DNA of 64,000 nucleotides from the human T2T-CHM13v2.0 reference genome, Homo sapiens: assembly GCF_009914755.1 (NCBI RefSeq), contig NC_060927.1. One strand, written 5' to 3'. The position numbers and the translations under genes are program-made. Positions 14,094 through 26,803 of this stretch are shown piece after piece. The stretch's first letter is position 1. The number at the start of each line of letters is the position of its first letter. The notes beneath the pieces were generated by a model. It saw only the letters and a program-made list of their open reading frames with translations, ran no database searches and was not told where the DNA came from.

Positions 14094-15074
14094 TGAAGTA
14101 TATTTTAAGACAGTGTAAAAACCTTAATAAGAACCAAGTCTCAAATAAGGGAAGGTTTTAGACATGATACTGTTTTGATTAGTGGTATAGTGTAAGAAAC
14201 TGGGGAAAGCTTCAATCTTCATTTAAGCCTTATGCAAACTCCCAAACCTATGGAAATAGATGAATATAAATATACAATCCCATCTACATATTTGGAAATA
14301 ACTTTGGAAGACCACTGAATTCAGCTGAGAAAACCCTACCTAAGAAATTATACAACAGCCATAGTCAGAAACACATACTTAAAACAGTAAGAAAAGCAAA
14401 AGAATGGTATTCCCAAAACCAACTGCATTACTTCTGAAAGAGTATTGATTACAGTGCTGTTTTTGATAGCTGTCACAGACTTATACAGGTTTCATTGGCA
14501 GGAATTATGTGAACCAATGCTAAAGTCTTTCTTTGTTTTCCATAAAACTTGTCATTGGAGAAGAACACACCTTTAAAGGAATGCTAATCACAGATTCTAA
14601 CTAAGCTTCTGCTTAACATGTTTTATTATCAATAACATCTTATCACCATTTATTATCAAAATCAAAAAATGAAAATGAAACAATCAGTTCCTTACAGAAG
14701 TTGGATAACAGTGATTCTATTTTCTCTCTAAGGACAATTCTACTCACACAGTTGAGCTATCATAAAAACTAGTTGGTACTTACAATTTCAAATTTATTCC
14801 ACAAACTGAACAGCACTGAAAAAACCATGTTATGGGGCTGGACTTATGTTTCTGTGTTGTAGAGTGTGTAAAACCAGGGTACACTCTTTTTTGTGGGTTA
14901 TCATGTGACAAAGAGAAGAAAGCAACAGACAGTAAGATGTAACATAAAAATCAAACATCTAAAAAGGAACTAAAACAGGTTGGCAGCATGATGTAGTTCC
15001 CTCCCAAAAAAGCATCTAAATATGTTCTAAACATATTTTACACTGTTTCATCTACATTCATTATCTTTAAGGGA

Positions 15075-15330
15075 ATAGTATAGTGTGTTTGTAGAATTGT
15101 GAAAAGCAAGAATTCTGAGATGAGACAGGCTACTTTTATGTCCTCACTCTACTACTTTGACTGGCCATAGTTAAAGAGCTTAACTTGTTGAACCTCATTT
15201 TTCATACTGACAGACAGGGCTAATAACAACACATTCATTTCTAATATGATTGTTTTAAGTATTAAATAAGATAAGGCATGTTAGCACTTTGTCAAGCAGA
15301 TAACAACACTCTGTAACTTTTAGGCATTAT
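15075..15330 (+). mobile_element. MIR
   Basis: Core GAACCTCATTTTTCATACTG...TAATAACAAC...ATTAAATAAGATAA. Confidence 0.65.
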
Positions 15331-16474
15331 CAGTATTACCATTATTATTAGAGATATTATTGATTCCTAGTGTTTCAGGTTCCGTGTATACAACTGGGCC
15401 TATACTACTACATCGATCATCATTTAATAAGTCACTTGGGTTTTTTCATCATGTAAACACATATATTTATTTATCTATATCTACATATAGACTCCTAAAA
15501 AGCAATGAGCTCTTAAGATTCAATGACCTATGACAGGATAAAAGATCAAATACCACAATGAGTTTCTTTTTCTTCATCACCCTACTGAATTTAAATCAAA
15601 GCTGTTCTTAGGATGCTTGTGTTCAATCTGAATTCATGGAGATTAATAGCAATGATCTTGTCAGTGAATGCCCCTCCTATTTGCATAGATATCTGAATGA
15701 AAGCTTTACGTCTCCCCAGTTTTTCTTCTACAGATTTAGATTTTGGAAATATATTACTAAATTCATTCATTTTAGAAAGTGGTCGTTCTACCAGATTGCT
15801 AGGAAATTTTCACTTCTCTTCAGATACAAGGGAAATGAACAGATGAGTTTTATTTTCCACAGCCTGTACAAGATGGTTTACTTTACTCAGACAACTTGCT
15901 AATGGAACGGTCTGGATATACTGAAATTACTTCCCAAACCAAGCAACTAAAGAAGTTGAAAGCTACCCAGAGGTATGTGTAGTTAACACATACAAAGGTA
16001 CTTTAACTCACTTTGTTGTATGAGCAAGGACAATTTTAGTGAAGTTTCAGAGTGACAGGCTTCCTTTTCAATAAAGCCTAAGTATACAAAATCAGCTTTA
16101 GAGCTATGCAACTAAAAAGCGGACATGTTCTTGTATAGGAAAGGAATTGCAGATAGATATATTTCTTTAGCCAAATTAAAAGTCCACCATTAGTGAAAAA
16201 AGAAAATCACGTGCTAAACAAGAAAATGTAACAGCAGGCAAGTTAAGTTGGAGATCAAATTATGAGACTTAGTGTATCTCATTAGCACTGTGTTGCCAAA
16301 TGATATTGAAACAGACATTTGTGACCTGATTCATTCATTCTTTGGCTTCATGTTCTTTTCCTACTCTACCTGAAATTGCTAATAACATAAAAGGGCTTCA
16401 ATCACGTTAGTGCAGAGAAGCTAAAATCTAGCCTTCTACCAAAACCCAGGAATGAACTTAGCAAGTTGGTGTTT

Positions 16475-16570
16475 TATATATATTTTTTTCATAATGTTTT
16501 ATATATATTTATATATAAATATATATGTTTTTCATAATATATTATATATATGTTTTCATAATGTTGCATA
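16475..16570. repeat. AT-rich degenerate tandem repeat with a perfect 26-bp palindrome
   Basis: Three ATATATATnTTTTCATAAT-like units; ATATATATTTATATATAAATATATAT (16501-16526) is its own reverse complement. Confidence 0.85.
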
Positions 16571-18464
16571 AATTATGACCATACCTAACATGATCCAAAG
16601 ACTTTTATGTCATATGAATACTATCTTGTTATGCTCATTGAAATTGTAAGTTAAATCAAGAGATAACATATACCTGAAATGGCTTTTCAAGAACTTACTA
16701 GTCATACATAACAATTTTTTTTGCTCTTTTACTTTCTATACAAACTGGGCATACGAACTGTGTTTCAAGCAGAACACTGCAAATAATCTTAGAGGAGAGC
16801 TTTGAGGACTCCACGCTCCTTTCATGGCTGACTGTGGACAAGCTGTCCCCAGCTCTCAGGTCCTGTACACATGAGTTGAATTTAGACATACTTTGAACTT
16901 GATACTTTCTGAAATCTAACCAAGAGCATCTTGAGAAAGTGTTTTAACTGTGAGCTGTTATTGCCAGAAGTAGCTTAAAAATGTTTTCTAGTAAACCTTG
17001 CTCTACTTAACTGAAAGACTAACATGATTTGAAAAATAGATCCCCAAAATACTGTATTATTAGGAACCAAAACCGACTATTTCCTATATGCTGCATACAA
17101 AGCAATCACTTGACACAAAAAGACTATATTCCCACTTAACACAGAACCACACTGCTCTGTTGACATTTGCTTGTATCCTTTGATGGTGCTTTTAACGCTT
17201 CATTTAAGTGTCAAACTAGGTGACAAGCATTAAGCCCAGATAGACTATTTAGTCTCATCTTGTGACCCTAGAACATTTTCTACAATTGCTTACCTTCTAT
17301 CCACTTTCCCCTCAAAATAATATGAATTAATTAAACAAAATAAACAGAATATTCTTTTCCGGCTCTAAGCCATGGACAGCTGTGAACGCCACAGAGGTAC
17401 TTCTCTCTTTGAATAAAGTCAGAAAGATATGCACAGTCATGCTGTTCAAAATATTATTTTATGTGTGGAATAACACTGTCATAAGACGTTTGGAAGCCAA
17501 GTAAAATCACAGAAGTAAGAGGATTTGTAGCAGCCTGTTTTGGCTGAAGGGAAATGAGGCTGAGCTCTCCCATGAAGCAAGCAACATGACACCTTTCGGT
17601 GTTAGAAATAGCCTTTTGGATGGTTAAAAAAGAGAGAGGAAAAAGCAAAGCAGTGGAGATCAAAGCTATCTCCCTGTACACTACAGATCATCTTTTTTTC
17701 TTCCTCTTCTTCAACAGCAAGATTGAAGGAAGGGGCTGAAAGTGGAGGGAGAAGGGGAAAGGAAATCATGCTAATCCAGAATTGTAAAGAATGGAGGTAG
17801 CCTTTTGATCTCCACAGGATGGCAACTTTATTGGCTATGCATAAGCAGTTTCCAACCAGCTGATCAACCAGGTATTAAGGCTCAACCCTTCCATGATCAG
17901 TAACCATGAAGTGAGTTATCTGTGAACAGCAGTCAAGCAGAAGGCTCATCTACTAAATGATCACCAGCCCATACTCAACCCAGAGCCTAAGAGCAACCAC
18001 AGGGGAAATGATTGTCTCTCCACAGGCTCTTCAGTGAGGAGTACCAATTACTTGCCTTGGGATTCAGAGCAGAGCAAAATCTTTCCTCCAGTGTGCAAGA
18101 AGAACAATGCCATTCATTTTCCAAAATACAACTCGAAAGCCACGTGCATCTGCATCACCAGCAGACAATGTTTTGAATCACATTCAGTCTCCTCTTTTAA
18201 GCATGCCAGAAAATGCAGATATAATCAAGGCTCAATGTGAACTGGTTAGATGATGTAAAGAACTGACTGTCTTGCCTGGTGATCTAAAAATTAGAGACCA
18301 TTTTCTTAATGACAGGAAGAATAATGCCTTCCTTCCAAATTCTCAAGTGTTCAAACCACAGTTTCATTTAAGTGGATTTTTTCTGAGACAAGTTTTAAAA
18401 TAAAAAGTGATTGAACCATAATCTTTTTTATTTAAATTCTTCATTTCTCTCTTTCGACTAGGAA

Positions 18465-18660
18465 AATGCACAGTAGTTGAGAGTTTTAGAGCCAGCTTGG
18501 TTCAAATCCCTGCTGAACCACATTCCCTAACTTCTCTATGATATAGTTTCTACAACAGTAAAATCAGGGCACAGTAATATCTTAGAAATAACAGCATATA
18601 TGTCATAGGATTTTTATGAGCATTAAATAAGATAATGGTGAGTGTTTAGTAAAGTGATAG
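18465..18660 (+). mobile_element. MIR
   Basis: TTAGAGCCAGCTTGGTTCAAATCCCTGCT...ATGAGCATTAAATAAGATAATG. Confidence 0.65.
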
Positions 18661-19026
18661 TCCTAGCTTCACAGTAAAAGTAGCCATTTTCATGAAGTTT
18701 CTTATTGCACCTAGAGTTGGAACTCCATCTCATCTTTTAATTATTTCCTTCTTTCACTTTACTGGTCTCCTTTAAGCAAAAGCGTTACCATACAGAAGGT
18801 AACTACTTGGTGTATCAGTCTTCTATATACATTGAGGCAGTCAATATTCTAAAGTCTTATCATATGTAGCTTAAAAAAAAACTGTTCAATTGATTCATGA
18901 AAGAGTTAAACATGCTTCAAATTGCTTTTTTTGTTGTTTTAAAACTGCAAACTATCTAGTTCTTTATATAGTTGTTGAATTTAAGAGAATATACACTGAC
19001 ATCATATTTTCAGAAATCCACTTTTT

Positions 19027-19365
<339 letters not shown>

Positions 19366-22285
19366 TCAGAGGGCACACTCCCACTTGGCTGCTCTGTCTA
19401 CTTCCACTGTATCCCTGCCTATATCTTAAACTAGCTTAATTCTGCAGCTCAGTTTCTACTACACTTCTCCAGACTTCTGCTTTTTATTTCTTTATGTTTC
19501 TTTTTGGTGCCTTTCTTTCCTATAGTCTATAGATTACCTTAGGCCTAATTTTAAATTGAATGATAACTTTGCTTTCCTTATATTTTCCTATATGAAATCG
19601 AGCTTGCAGGGCAGTTTATATTTTTGTTTTTAAAATTAAACATTTTTTTAAAGGTCAGAAATTAACCTAAGTATCACCTTAACATCTTTTATTAACACAG
19701 ATGATAATAAATAAAGATTCAACCACTTATAGTCTTCACTGAGAAGCTGTTATCCTGTTTCCTTCCCACAGGATTCCAGTTGCCCATTATTTTAAATTAT
19801 AGATATCTAGTCAATGTAAAAACGAAAAATAAATGGTCATTGTTAGTCTGAAATTTAGCATTCTGTACCACTTTAAATTACATAAGAATATTTCATTTGT
19901 TGTAGCAAAGACTAAGAAAAAACTTCAGGTAAACTTTCTGTTCTAAGACCTTTAAATCACAAATGTCTTATGCATTATAATGCCCATTATCAAGAAATAA
20001 AGATATTTTAAAAGATATCACAGTATTCAAGTATGTACATTTAAAAGCCAGAAAGGTTATAAAGAAACTAGCCAGATCGTATCGGAACTACACAACAATC
20101 TTACCAGAAAGCAAGATGGAAGGAGGGAAAGAGGAAGAGAGACCAGAGACCAGACAATTGGCTCAAATAGTGAAACTTATTTAAAAAAGTTCCTCTTCCC
20201 AAGAGAAACCCTCCCCCACGCCCCCCCCCAAAAAAACAAGAAAAAGAAAGTACCAGTAAACTATCATTTATTTGAAATTCAAATCTCATCCTAAGTTTGA
20301 ACTGAAATTCAATTAGTTTTTCACTTAAAAGCAGGTTTTAAGCAAGTGGATTTGAGCAAGTCTATGAAGGAAAAGATGTTTAGAATCAGATCCTGAGAGA
20401 TCACATGGATTCGTTTCAAGGCTACCTCTCCTGCACCCTCCCACCCCGCAAACTCACCAGAAGTCTGTCTGTCCATAGAAAAGGCAGATAGACCAAGTAA
20501 TTAAAGGAATCTACCTGAAAAATGAATTTCTGAAGGAATAACCACTTTTTATAAATCTCAGTTTCATTGAATGAAAGGTTATTTTTTGTAGCATCAAGTT
20601 AATAGATAAAAGGCTATGAGAAGTGAACACTCTTAAGCACAAGACTTAGTACTAAGCATGCCATCAACATACCAAAATGGAGTTTATAATCTGTTTGAAG
20701 AAAACTGTTGGACTTTGTTAAGTTGGCAGGCAGTTAAAAAAGGAAGAAAAGAAAAAAGAAAAAAAGAACTGACAACCAATAGATGCTTTTACAGGTTAAA
20801 TCTTGTTGAAGGTAAGTTATCCCCTCAGTACACTTTGATTTATTTAAGCTCACCACATTTCTCTTAAATACACTCCATTAACAAGTGATAGACTGTGATC
20901 TTAGGCTTGGGGCAAGACATGAAACACAATCTTTCAAGAACTTCATTCATTCTCTGACCAGGTGTCTTCAACACACCCAGGTTTCTAGTCACTTGAGTTC
21001 TGTGAAGTATTATTCAAATCGATAGTGTTGCTTTATAACTGAACACTGTCATGAAATCACCCTACTAGCTCAATAGTTTGGCCTCCCAAGTTCAGATTCA
21101 CAGCATGAGCGAAAGTGATCAGAGGAATAAAAAGCTTCAGGTTATGTATGAGGGAGCACTTTAGAAAGAAGCTTTTGTCCTGAAAAGTGGCAAAGCAGAT
21201 AGGCACACCTATAGGAAAAACTTAGGTTTACAAAAATCATCAATGGCTTAAATGGAAAATTAAATTAGAAACAGAAAAACTAGAAATTTTAGATTTCTAA
21301 AAGCTAGAAATCAGTGTAGCTCTAACATTATAATTGTCTCATATCTATTCAAATTGCAATCCTCAGATATCTACTACTCAAATTATTAAATCTAATAGGA
21401 CAGTACTTCCCAAATAATTCTCCAAGTGAAGACAGAACTTCCAAGTTGACACGACCAACTTTCAGTGATACCTTATTAATGTGACCCTATCTTTAATCTA
21501 CAGCCATGATAAAATGTTCCAACATATACAAACTCAACTCAAACAGTGACTAATGACCATTAATCCCCCTATCTTCAGTAATCTGCCCCTCCAGTCATTT
21601 ATCACAATGACACTTCACTTTACACACGTAAATAAACTTTAACCAGAAAGGTGAATCAACAGAAATCTCAAAGGTATCTGAAGCTGTAAATTAAACTAGG
21701 CAGAGACACAGCCAAGGGAGGCAAATAGAGAGATCAGATTTTAATGTTTTTGATTTGCATCCATGGCTAGGGGTGGGGGACTGGAGGGACTATTCAATTA
21801 CTCCGATATGCAAACTAAGGAAAAATAAGGCATTACAGAAGGAGAAGCTGGAAGTGGGGAATGACAACCTCGAGGAGTTAGTCTACTCATCCCTCCACTG
21901 TGACGTACATGAGATATACCAGGTTGAAACTTCACTTTCTGTTTTCTTTAAAGAAGTAACAATTTAATAATTTTTAAAATTTACTTTAGTTGCAAATCTT
22001 CCTTGTAACTTTCAGCCAGCAGGCACAATTCACAGGCTAAAATTCTTTTAGGGGTTTATTCGCTATCATTTAGCTGACGTATGTGGTTTTTTTCCCCCCT
22101 TTTCTTACTCTGTTAACTGTCTTAAGTAAAATCCCTGGTCAAAACATAAATGATAACCATAGACCACAAAAGCTCAAACTAACCTTTAAAATCGTTTCAT
22201 AATTGTGCAAACTGAGTGACTCTTACCGATAAGCCCTGATGCAATTTGAAGCTCAGTATGCGAATGTGACTATAAAAATTCCGAG

Positions 22286-22290
<5 letters not shown>

Positions 22291-22334
<44 letters not shown>
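22291..22334. repeat. (GT)22 microsatellite; (CA)n on the ROBO1 sense strand
   Basis: Perfect run. Confidence 0.97.
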
Positions 22335-22337
<3 letters not shown>

Positions 22338-23246
22338 AAAGCCTGAAATCGGATCCGTGATTGAAACCAGAATCTACCAAAAGGAAAGAAACAGAAGTTG
22401 AGTCGTGGCTCAGTTCACCCACAGTAAAAAAGTTTCCTAGGGAGTGTATGAAAACTATTTACAAGTGTAGATACAGTGTGTACTCTTATGTCAGAAGGGC
22501 CCCGTTTCAGCATCCTTCCAACACGTCATATGGAATTTCAGTATTATTTAATTAATCCTAAACATCCCAAATTCAGTTTTCTTTCGCCAATGAGAATCCC
22601 CAGGCAACTCCCCTTTCCGATGCTTGCAACCGCCTGTTTTCCTTCTAAACCCAGCGAGGCAGTGGCTATTTTATATCCTACCTTAAGAAGGAGTTATTTC
22701 GTGAAGCTTCTTCAGAATCAAATTTAATTACAGACTTTGGTTACATAAAACAACTACTAATAACCCCTTGTGCTCGGAAGAGGAGGGGCTAGAGAGGACT
22801 AGGCTCAGGAATCCTGGCAAGCCTGCGGGCCACAAGCTCCCAGGGCGCACATTTCCCTCCCCAGGGAAGCAGCCGGCGGCTGATACTCACTTCGGCTCAT
22901 CCTGGGGGCCCTAGCTCACTGCCAGCCGCTGCCTCCTCCCACCCTAGTGCTTAGACGTGCGTTTGCCCAGAGTAATCTGGGCGTGCCCTGAACTTGGCAA
23001 AAGGCCGAGATCTGCAAAGAGTCTTGAGGAGGTTCAGGGGTGGAGGGGAGGTTTTGGGGAGTGGGGAAAAAGAGACAACCCCAAATGCGAACTAGGAACA
23101 TTTTCGCCTAAAAGTCTAGCAGGAATCGAGCCCCTCCGGCCTTAGGAGGGAGGGGTAACCAAAATACACTTCTGGGTTTGATCGTGCAAAGTGGAGAGGG
23201 GGCGAACAGGGAGGATCAAGGGTGAAGAAAGAAGACGCGGGGTTAC

Positions 23247-23301
23247 CTGAACAGAGACATATTAATCCAAACAGGTAAAAGTGAGCGGGCTCCGCAATCA
23301 T
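23247..23301 (-). CDS. ROBO1: Roundabout homolog 1, isoform b (DUTT1) first coding exon, signal peptide
   Basis: ACAATGATTGCGGAG...TGTTCAG|GTAACC encodes MIAEPAHFYLFGLICLCS+G (55 nt, phase 1), matching the ROBO1b N-terminus as I recall it (MIAEPAHFYLFGLICLCSGSRLRQEDFPP); hydrophobic; A at -3; canonical donor at 23246. Confidence 0.95.
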
Positions 23302-23880
23302 TGTCCTCGGGTGGATCCTGTATACAGTCTCATGCCAAGAGGAGGGAGTGGAAATAGGGTCCCCAAATGTATGAAGCCACACACCACACACAAAGGCTTA
23401 ATATAAGCAACGTGGGTCAATTAGCCAAGAGTTTTCAGGGCAATTACTCGTCGACCTTTCCGGACGCTTGTCAGTATCTCAGAGACTTTTGCAGAGGAAG
23501 AATTCCAAGGTTTGTCTTCTCCGGCCCCAGGATTTCCGAGGAGGCTCAGACACTTTCAAGAACCATCCAAAGCGAACAACAAAGAGCCGAGGCAGAAGCG
23601 CAGTAGTGCCGTTTCCTGCCTCCACGGTCTTGCGGAGCCTCCCGGCGTGCGCCCTCACAATGTGCGGCCGAGCGCCGCTGCGAGGGCAGGCGCGGCGGCG
23701 GCGGCAAAGTTGGGGTGTGAGAGCTGCTGAGGGAGGGCCAAAAAGTGCTTCTCCGTCTCCCGGCGAGCCCAGTCAGCAGCGGGCCACCCGCGGCGGCGGC
23801 GATAGCAGCCAAAGTAGAAGCAGCAGCTCCGGAGGAAGGGCTCGGGGTGCCGGGAGTGTGACTGGGTGACTCCGCGCGCA
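23302..23880 (-). other. ROBO1: ROBO1b 5' UTR (TSS approximate) with two uORFs
   Basis: Contiguous with the coding exon. The only two minus-strand ATGs are at 23566 (MVLESV*) and 23333 (MRLYTGSTRGQ*). The TSS is inferred from the GC-box position, not observed. Confidence 0.65.
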
Positions 23881-25249
23881 GAGAGCGAGCGAGGGGGCGG
23901 TGCGGCGACAGCGGCTGCCTGGGCGGGCCCTTGTTCCCATCACTTGGGGGATGCGGAGGGTACTGGAGACAGCAGCAGGACCGCGGACACTCGCACGTCT
24001 TCTGGGCGCCCCCAGCCCCGCGCGGCGCCCAACATCGCCCTCGGCCCCTCGCCCTCTGGGGCGCTCGCAGGCACCCCTAAACTACGCAGAAGCCCAAACT
24101 TCCTGGGGGCAGCTGCCTGCACCCCTGGCTCGTGGAAGCTGTAAAGAGGCAGCTCCCGGCTCTCCCCGGGGTGGCAGAGAAGGGCAGAGAGGATGCTGCT
24201 GCGGGTGGGAGAGACGGCCGCCGCGGCTCACCCCAGCTCCTCCCGGATCAGCGGCGTCTGAAGTTTCTGCTCTCACGCTGCCTCCTCTCCAGCTCAATTG
24301 CTTGTGGGTTTCCCCCACAGTCCCCGCGGCTCCCAGTTCCCTCCCTCTCCTCCCCGGCCCGATAATACTTAAAGGGGCCGCGTGGTCCTTTCCATGCTTC
24401 ACTCTATTCTCCAGGCGCTGGTCAGGCAAGTTCTGCTCCTCAATATTTCCATCCACAAGCCAGGGGTGCCCAACTGCGCCCTCAGGTGAGAATCCAATTG
24501 CTCGGAATCGGAAATCCAGGCGAATGAGAAACTGTCTTGTTTCTCTCGCCACCCCTAGCTCCCCTGCACCTTTCTCCAAATGGAACCTCCCAGCCAAAGA
24601 CTTCAAAAATCCTCCTGGTCCAACTTAACCTCTTCCTTGCCGCTTCCAGGAATTGGAATAAACTCTCAACTCCACTCTCACTTCTCCCCATTCCCATTTA
24701 AAAAAAAAAAATCAATTTTGAGCAACATGGCTTTAGGACAGGAGGTAAACAGAGAACTATCCAGAACATATCAGTAGATGGGCAGTCTCTTACAACCATC
24801 CTTTTCTTTTAAGTTGCAGTTGTTGAAGGTCTTGTAGAAAAGATATCCAAATCATAAGGCACAGGGTTGGGCCTTGGGATCATTTCCTCATGTTTCAGTT
24901 GAAACTCTCTCTTTCAACTTCATACTCCACACATTAGAAAGCTAACAATGGGGATGTAATTTTAAGAGAGAGAGAAACAAATGCAAAAAACAATCTTGAC
25001 AAGCCCAGAGTTTGCAGTTAGGAGAAGCTAGTCAGGCATAGGTTTGACACTCAGTATACCCGCCCTGAAATCCCAACCTGCCAGTTATAGCTCTGTGACC
25101 AGGTCTGTTTTCTCTTCTCTGTTTCTGTTCTCGAGATATTTTATTGCATTAACAAAAAATACACAAAGCAAAACAAACCTGACACGTCTGAAAGGCATTC
25201 ATTCATTGAGTCAGTCATTTTTCTTTCTTTCTTTTAAATAGGACACAGT

Positions 25250-25563
<314 letters not shown>

Positions 25564-26319
25564 ACACACTATGTGAAATACCTAACATGCCGAATGCTGA
25601 ATAAATGGCAGAATTAATATCTACAGAGTTGTGTACCATAACTTCAAAAAAAATTATTTGGTGTCTAGCAGTACATGTAAGAAGCTGCTTTCGGTGGTTG
25701 CCTCTGGAGGACAGAACTGCGCAATGGATAGGGCAGAGAAGGAGGATTTGCTCTTTTCTACATAGTGTTGTGCTTTTCCATGTCTTTTCAGGTGAGCACA
25801 TTCATTACCTAATGGAAGATAAAAATTTAAAAGCAAATTGTACATTGATTTTGGTTGCTGCTGGTGCAACCAACGACCTTAGAGCGACATTTTGTGGAAA
25901 CTCTGGTTAACAGCACCTATCTTTGAAAGTGAAAGATAGTCTAATCCTGAGAAAACTGACTATAAATTCAGTAAACAGCCTGGAGATAAGAATTCAAAGA
26001 CTCCAACCAAAATCTTTTCAGCAGTAAAAATATGAATGGGCAGTCAAAGCTGAAAAGCCTACATCGATTTGGTCTTGCTAAAGGATATTTAGTGAAAAAC
26101 ATAGAATATATCTCTTTTTTCTTGGAATACAAAATACTTTTAAGAGAAGCTTACCTAGTAATAGAAAACAAACACTAAAGTGTAGTACTTGAGAGAAAGA
26201 GAGCAAGATAGAGAGAAAATTCAAATCCTCATATCATTTGAATGTACGTTAAATAAAGATGTCAAACTTTCACTTAGTAATGGGGGTATACTTTTAAATA
26301 TAATGAAGAATATGTGTAA

Positions 26320-26803
<484 letters not shown>

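Larger units (their letters stand above)
22800..24520. promoter_or_regulatory. ROBO1: CpG island / internal ROBO1b promoter
   Basis: Abrupt GC- and CpG-rich domain in AT-rich DNA, GGC runs, GC box GGGGGCGGTG at ~23893, spanning a first coding exon. Confidence 0.92.

Noticed and set aside
17362-17383. CCATGGACAGC resembling an RE1/REST site
   Set aside because: Only the right half matches; the TTCAGCA left half is absent
23302-23391. 30-codon in-frame GTG-initiated extension of ROBO1b in the ORF track
   Set aside because: Poor initiation context, and the known protein starts at the ATG at 23301
23468-24628. Long overlapping ORFs (133-242 aa) in the CpG island
   Set aside because: Typical stop-codon depletion of GC-rich DNA; low-complexity translations, several with non-ATG starts
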